A stretch of DNA of 59,497 bases from an uncultured Bacteroidota bacterium (GTDB taxonomy: Bacteria; Bacteroidota; Bacteroidia; UBA4408): positions 1-59,497 of the forward strand of contig CAIMGI010000014.1 in assembly GCA_903840505.1 (NCBI GenBank), read 5' to 3'. Positions 54,971 through 59,497 of this stretch are shown here, in pieces. Within the stretch, counting starts at the first letter, position 1, and the number at the start of each line of letters is the position of its first letter. The notes under the pieces are model-generated. The model saw only the letters and a list, made by a program, of their open reading frames with translations. It was not told the origin of the DNA and made no database searches. A program made the position numbers and the translations under genes.

Positions 54971-57040
54971 CTAATTCGATTTTACCAACTTCTTATAGTA
55001 TACATCGCCACCCATTGAAAGCCTAATGGTATAAATACCATTTGCAAGACCTTGCAATTCGCTGATATCTGAACTGTGCTCTCCGCTTGCTTGCTCCCCT
55101 ATGCTTACAGATTTCACATCCATACCAAGTGCATTCACGATATCAATTTTTACAAAAGCTTTTTTCACCAATTTATATTTTATGGTAAAATCGCCTTGGG
55201 TAGGATTCGGGTAAATGTTTAATTCGTAATTATTTACCGCCATTTGCTCATTTAAACCAACATTGTAACAAGTTCCAGGCAAATTAGCATCTATCCACAT
55301 AAAGCGATCGTGCATCCAAGTCTTCAAATTCTCTACCTCACCTTGGTAAGTTGTAGGTATTGGACTAGGGTTTGGCCAAGTATAAACACCCAACAAAGGC
55401 CACTGAACAAAGTTCCTTACTTGTGCTTCATTTAATAAAGTTGCTATAGAGTCTATCTTGTAATTTACATAATCCAAATCCAGCGTTTTGGTGCGTAACC
55501 AAGTCCAACGACACTTAAACTGGTTTTTAAAAGCCGTATCCTGCATCAATCTTTCAAACCAGAATAATTTCCCGTTACAGCTTGTTGCATTATACACCCA
55601 ACCTGTTGGATCGTCAGCTCCACAAAAATCGCCATTCCAATATCCCAAATTATAATCCCAAGCCGGTCCTGCTTCTAACTTTCCGCCTTTGCTATACTTG
55701 TCTTTATGAAAAAAGGTACTTGCACGATAACCATCCAAATTTTTACTAACCTCGTTAAGAATCATATAATCAATAAAGGAATTTGTCTTAATCCATTTTC
55801 TATAACCAAGCAATGAGTCCCCAAAAGTTGGAGCAACCATAGCGTTTTCAAAACTATCTACCCATGCTTTTATATAGGCTTTTTGTTGCACCGTCATATC
55901 TATATTGCTTGGATCGTGATAAAGAAAATCGGACTTACTGGTTCCGTTCCAAATATTGTATTGTGATACCCAACCTCCACCCGGGTCACCGGCAGACCAA
56001 TCCGCTTTAAAAATGTAACCACCTGTTAAACTATCACCGGCATTGTCATCCGAATCAAGCTTAGCAATGTCCACACGATTCTTGTCTCTTTTTATTCTTT
56101 CTTGGAAAACATAAATACCTTTATACTGACCATTTACCATTACTTCACAGAATCTGTTACGCGAAGCATAATGCCCCATCTCTCTTGACGATTCGTAGGT
56201 AAAAACGTTACGCATTTGCGATTTATCTGTATAAGGAGCATATAGTATCCAAGAATGTTCCGCTGGCATACCTAACATAATGGTATCGTTCAAGGAATCA
56301 TTTGCCATAAGTGTATGAAAATTATATGATTTTTGAGGGAAATTTTGCGAACTCGCTCCCCTAGTTTCTATCGCTATTTTATTATTGTATGCATTATATG
56401 GGTCAGTTAAATAATTTCTCACACCCGGACCATTATCAATTATACCCATACGGCCCTTTATTTTTGGGTCATTTGGAATACCTTGGTTTGTAGTAATAAC
56501 TACAATCGGCAAATTAGATGAACTAAAAACTAAATTTGGTTTAGCAGGATTATTACCAAAAGTAACAGTCCAACTAATTAGATTTCCAACATCTTGAGGT
56601 CCGTTATCTATAAAAATTAGTTGCCAAGTACCATTTCCAAGTGTATTATTATTTATCATTGATAAATCTCCCTGTGGCTTAAAAGTGCCTGTAAATGGTG
56701 CGGCAGCATTTACAATACTAGTTCCTGCAGTATTATTGAAACAGCAATTGGTATAGCCCTGTCCGTTACCTCCATTTCCCATTGAAAGATCTACAATAAC
56801 TCCGTTTGGTGATTTTAATTGAATATCTATATCCCCGTCATAGGTGTGGGTTAGATTAATACAAACAGTTTCCAAACCAAATATGGTATCAATATTAGCA
56901 GGGTTTAAACCTGCAACAGTCAAATTAAAAACTGTAGTATTGGGGTAATCAGCAATGGTGCCACCTCCACCGGTAAATGTTTGTGAGTAACTAACAATTG
57001 ATGATAAAAGTAATGTTACAGCAAGTATATTTTTTTTCAT
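54971..57040 (-). CDS. T9SS-sorted CotH-family protein with N-terminal proprotein-convertase P-domain
   Basis: 689 aa with a signal peptide. The P-domain-like block is LTHTYDGDIDIQLKSPNGV...GTWQLIFIDNGPQDVGNLISWTVTF. The large central region is CotH-like in my judgement. The C-terminal tail is YPNPTQGDFTI...GIYTIRL...KKLVKSN. Confidence 0.8.
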   Translation of the reverse strand: MKKNILAVTLLLSSIVSYSQTFTGGGGTIADYPNTTVFNLTVAGLNPANIDTIFGLETVCINLTHTYDGDIDIQLKSPNGVIVDLSMGNGGNGQGYTNCCFNNTAGTSIVNAAAPFTGTFKPQGDLSMINNNTLGNGTWQLIFIDNGPQDVGNLISWTVTFGNNPAKPNLVFSSSNLPIVVITTNQGIPNDPKIKGRMGIIDNGPGVRNYLTDPYNAYNNKIAIETRGASSQNFPQKSYNFHTLMANDSLNDTIMLGMPAEHSWILYAPYTDKSQMRNVFTYESSREMGHYASRNRFCEVMVNGQYKGIYVFQERIKRDKNRVDIAKLDSDDNAGDSLTGGYIFKADWSAGDPGGGWVSQYNIWNGTSKSDFLYHDPSNIDMTVQQKAYIKAWVDSFENAMVAPTFGDSLLGYRKWIKTNSFIDYMILNEVSKNLDGYRASTFFHKDKYSKGGKLEAGPAWDYNLGYWNGDFCGADDPTGWVYNATSCNGKLFWFERLMQDTAFKNQFKCRWTWLRTKTLDLDYVNYKIDSIATLLNEAQVRNFVQWPLLGVYTWPNPSPIPTTYQGEVENLKTWMHDRFMWIDANLPGTCYNVGLNEQMAVNNYELNIYPNPTQGDFTIKYKLVKKAFVKIDIVNALGMDVKSVSIGEQASGEHSSDISELQGLANGIYTIRLSMGGDVYYKKLVKSN

Positions 57041-57130
57041 TGGAAAAACTTAATTTTTCACTAAGATATGCATTAAAATTGATAAAACCGTAACATTTTG
57101 GTAACAAAAGCACAATACGTAAATTTTAGC

Positions 57131-57138
57131 TACTTTTG
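57131..57138 (+). promoter_or_regulatory. Bacteroidota -7 promoter box (TAnnTTTG)
   Basis: TACTTTTG, 17 nt upstream of the ATG at 57155. It lies inside the longer TTG-started ORF call. Confidence 0.4.
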
Positions 57139-57154
57139 TGTTTTAGTATGCATT

Positions 57155-58498
57155 ATGAAACTAACACAATTAACAGCGATATCTCCTATAGATGGTCGCT
57201 ATGGAAAAACCACCGAACAGCTTTCTGATTATTTTTCGGAATATGCCCTAATAAAATACCGCGTAAGAGTTGAAGTAGAATATTTTATTGCCTTGTGCGA
57301 ATTCCCACTACCTCAATTAAAAAATACTGATAATACAATTGTGCTATCCTTAAGAAAAATTTATTCTGATTTTTCAATCGAAGATGCTCAACGAATTAAA
57401 GATATTGAAGCTACTACCAATCACGATGTAAAAGCTGTTGAATATTTTTTAAAAGAAAAAATGGAGCAGCTCGGCTTAAAGGAGCAATTGGAATTTATTC
57501 ATTTTGGTCTCACCTCACAAGACATTAATAATACTGCCGTCCCTTTGTCTTTAAAGGAATGTATGCAAACAGTGCTACTTCCTGAATTCAAAACAGTAGT
57601 ACAAAAATTAAAATCCTTGGCTGAAGAATGGAAAAACATTCCTATGTTGGCGCATACGCACGGACAACCAGCATCCCCTACCCGATTGGGAAAAGAAATA
57701 AAGGTATATGTTGAACGATTAGAAAATCAATTAAACACACTTACCAACTTGCCTTTTGCAGCAAAATTTGGTGGGGCAACCGGAAATTTAAATGCACATC
57801 ACGTTGCTTATCCAACAATTAACTGGACAGACTTTGCAAACAAATTTATTAATAACACACTTGGATTAAAACGCTCCCAATACACTACACAAATTGAGCA
57901 CTACGATAATTTGGCAGAAATATTTGATACTTTAAAACGCATCAATACTATTTTAACGGATTTGAGTCGTGATATGTGGATGTATATCTCTATGAATTAT
58001 TTTAAACAAAAAATAAAAGAGGGAGAAATTGGATCTTCGGCAATGCCACACAAAGTAAACCCAATTGATTTTGAAAATGCGGAAGGAAATTTGGGAATTG
58101 CCAATGCTATTTTCGAACACTTGTCTGCCAAACTTCCAGTGTCCCGATTGCAACGCGACCTTACAGATTCAACCGTATTACGGAACATTGGTGTACCCAT
58201 TGCACATACCCTGATATCGATAAAATCGATAAACAAAGGGTTAGATAAATTAGTATTAAACAAGGAAGCTATTGAAAAGCATTTAGAAGAAAACTGGGCT
58301 GTAGTAGCGGAAGCCTTACAAACTATTTTACGAAGAGAAGGCTATCCTAAACCTTATGAAGCATTGAAAGATTTAACACGTACCAATGCTAAAATCACCA
58401 AAGAAAGTATCGCTTCTTTTATTCAATCGCTCAAAGTGAATGATGCTGTAAAGCAAGAAATGCTGTCTGTTAGCCCTTCCAACTATACTGGGATTTAA
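57155..58498 (+). CDS. purB: adenylosuccinate lyase
   Basis: ISPIDGRYG N-terminus and the fumarate-lyase signature SSAMPHKVNP. I moved the start to the ATG at 57155 (MKLTQLTAISP). Confidence 0.95.
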   Translation: MKLTQLTAISPIDGRYGKTTEQLSDYFSEYALIKYRVRVEVEYFIALCEFPLPQLKNTDNTIVLSLRKIYSDFSIEDAQRIKDIEATTNHDVKAVEYFLKEKMEQLGLKEQLEFIHFGLTSQDINNTAVPLSLKECMQTVLLPEFKTVVQKLKSLAEEWKNIPMLAHTHGQPASPTRLGKEIKVYVERLENQLNTLTNLPFAAKFGGATGNLNAHHVAYPTINWTDFANKFINNTLGLKRSQYTTQIEHYDNLAEIFDTLKRINTILTDLSRDMWMYISMNYFKQKIKEGEIGSSAMPHKVNPIDFENAEGNLGIANAIFEHLSAKLPVSRLQRDLTDSTVLRNIGVPIAHTLISIKSINKGLDKLVLNKEAIEKHLEENWAVVAEALQTILRREGYPKPYEALKDLTRTNAKITKESIASFIQSLKVNDAVKQEMLSVSPSNYTGI

Positions 58499-58605
58499 TT
58501 TCAAGGTAAATTCGGATTAAGTTTCAATTTATCTAAATTATGATATTTGGCTGTGAGGCTTTGCCTCACACTCCAATTACTTTTTTCCTTGACGAAAAAA
58601 GTAAT

Positions 58606-58860
58606 CAAAACCCCGATAGCTATCGGGGCAAGAGCAAACGCCATTTTCAGGTCTTCGTTTTGCCGCACAAGCCCACGCCATCCATTTCCACGAAACCTGA
58701 AATTCGCACCGTTTGCTCATTAGCTCCCCGCCTTTCTAACTAAAACTTAATCACTATTTGTAGGACACATTTGCACGAAAAAAGGCATGTGTGTGGGGTC
58801 ATCCTAAGCCTGTCGAAGGAGTGTGTTGGCAGCTTCTTTTGTATTAAGGCAAAAAAAATG
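58606..58860 (-). ncRNA. candidate structured non-coding RNA of unknown class (strand and ends tentative)
   Basis: G+C is about 53% over 58611-58740 by hand count, against very AT-rich intergenic DNA elsewhere.
- Nested helices: 58632-58640 with 58710-58718 (9 bp), 58646-58652 with 58695-58701 (7 bp), 58654-58657 with 58691-58694.
- Perfect palindromic hairpin CCCCGATAGCTATCGGGG (58611-58628), followed on the minus strand by UUUU.
- TTGACA-like hexamer at about 58859-58864 on the minus strand. Confidence 0.3.
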
Positions 58861-58912
58861 TCAAGCGGCCCATAGCGAATAGAGTAATAAAAAATTATAA
58901 CGGGATTTAATT

Positions 58913-59497
58913 TTACTTTTCTGCTGGATACAACAAACTTGTAAGCTGTATAAATTCTTCTACATCCAATTCCTCAGCGCGTTGAGTAAGAAACTTTTGT
59001 GCAGGAACTAAATCAACACCAAGCGGTTTAAGCGCGTTTCCTAACATTTTTCTACGTTGATTGAATCCTGTTTTAACTACTCTAAAAAACAATTTTTCAT
59101 CCACCGGCAATTTTGCTCTTTCATTTCTTGTAACACGTATAACGGCCGATTTGACTTTTGGAGGAGGAGAAAAAACATTTTCGTGCACCGTAAATAAATA
59201 CTCTATGTTATAAAATGTTTGAAGCAAAACCGTTAATATTCCATAAGCTTTTGTACGCGGTTTTCCTGCTAATCTTTCTGCTACTTCTTTTTGAAACATT
59301 CCTACCAATTCAGGCACAGCATTTCTATTTTCCAGTACTTTAAAAAGTATTTGCGATGAAATATTATACGGAAAATTGCCAATTACCGCAAAAGGCTCTG
59401 TGGTGTATTCTTCAAAATTATATTTAAGAAAATCACCTTCAATTATCCTCTCCTTTATTTCAGGATAGTTAGCTTTTAAGTAAGCAATTGAATCGTA
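58913..59497 (-). CDS. rsmA: 16S rRNA (adenine1518/1519-N6)-dimethyltransferase RsmA/KsgA, partial (5' end outside window)
   Basis: The frame stays open upstream of the track's Met to the window edge. My own translation gives ...FAVIGNFPYNISSQILFKVLE...MFQKEVAERL..., the RsmA catalytic N-[FL]-PYNIS motif. Confidence 0.9.
   Translation of the reverse strand, partial: YDSIAYLKANYPEIKERIIEGDFLKYNFEEYTTEPFAVIGNFPYNISSQILFKVLENRNAVPELVGMFQKEVAERLAGKPRTKAYGILTVLLQTFYNIEYLFTVHENVFSPPPKVKSAVIRVTRNERAKLPVDEKLFFRVVKTGFNQRRKMLGNALKPLGVDLVPAQKFLTQRAEELDVEEFIQLTSLLYPAEK

Noticed and set aside
58540-58743. 67-aa plus-strand ORF in the purB-rsmA spacer.
   Set aside because: Its composition is Pro/Ser/Thr/His-rich, unlike other proteins here. 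It spans three perfect hairpins and the nested helix. The region is better explained as structured RNA or terminators.
58567-58825. Long-range 8-nt complementarity (CACACTCC at 58567-58574 with GGAGTGTG at 58818-58825) that would close the whole island into one 6S-like rod.
   Set aside because: An 8-mer complement within a ~350-nt span is expected by chance about once. It is not evidence on its own.
58606-58860. Identification of the structured island as RNase P RNA, tmRNA or SRP (4.5S) RNA.
   Set aside because: - I could not find the invariant strings GGAAAGTCC and ACAGAA of RNase P on either strand.
- There is no tRNA-like 3' end (TCCACCA) and no tag reading frame for tmRNA.
- The only SRP-like string (AGAAGCUGCC against GGAAGCAGCC) is not preceded by a GGUCC-GNRA hairpin.
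- The flanks are not self-complementary on the minus strand.

Overview
AT-rich chromosomal segment that looks like Bacteroidota, probably a Flavobacteriia- or Cytophagia-like lineage. The taxon is inferred from the gene order, type IX secretion (T9SS) C-terminal sorting domains, TAnnTTTG promoter boxes and a glycine-lipid gene pair.

Most of the window is housekeeping:
- A complete minus-strand dcw cell-division/cell-wall cluster at 9.8-25.9 kb: mraZ-rsmH-ftsL-ftsI-murE-mraY-murD-[extra ORF]-ftsW-murG-murC-ftsQ-ftsA-ftsZ, followed by a yqeY-like gene.
- Central metabolism and proteostasis genes: deoC, an aldehyde dehydrogenase, engB, tadA, acs, gap, clpX, clpP, tig, guaB, purB and a partial rsmA.
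- A P-type ATPase, an orphan histidine kinase, and a MacA/MacB-like/TolC efflux operon.

The accessory part is a tandem array of four large T9SS-sorted repeat proteins at 35.2-47.0 kb. Each has its own promoter box and terminator. A further T9SS-sorted P-domain/CotH protein lies at 55-57 kb.

I found no rRNA, tRNA, CRISPR array, transposase, integrase or recognisable defence system, and I cannot point to a clear-cut new multi-gene system. The observations most worth follow-up are:
1. An intact free-standing paralog of the MurD C-terminal domain, wedged between murD and ftsW.
2. The T9SS array itself, with variable N-terminal heads on a conserved repeat stalk and a 99-nt tract identical between two members.
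3. A G+C-rich, strongly structured ~300-nt intergenic island between purB and rsmA that matches no RNA class I recognise.
4. Three perfect 10-bp direct repeats upstream of mraZ, a likely MraZ operator.

All identity percentages are by-eye estimates. No database search was possible.
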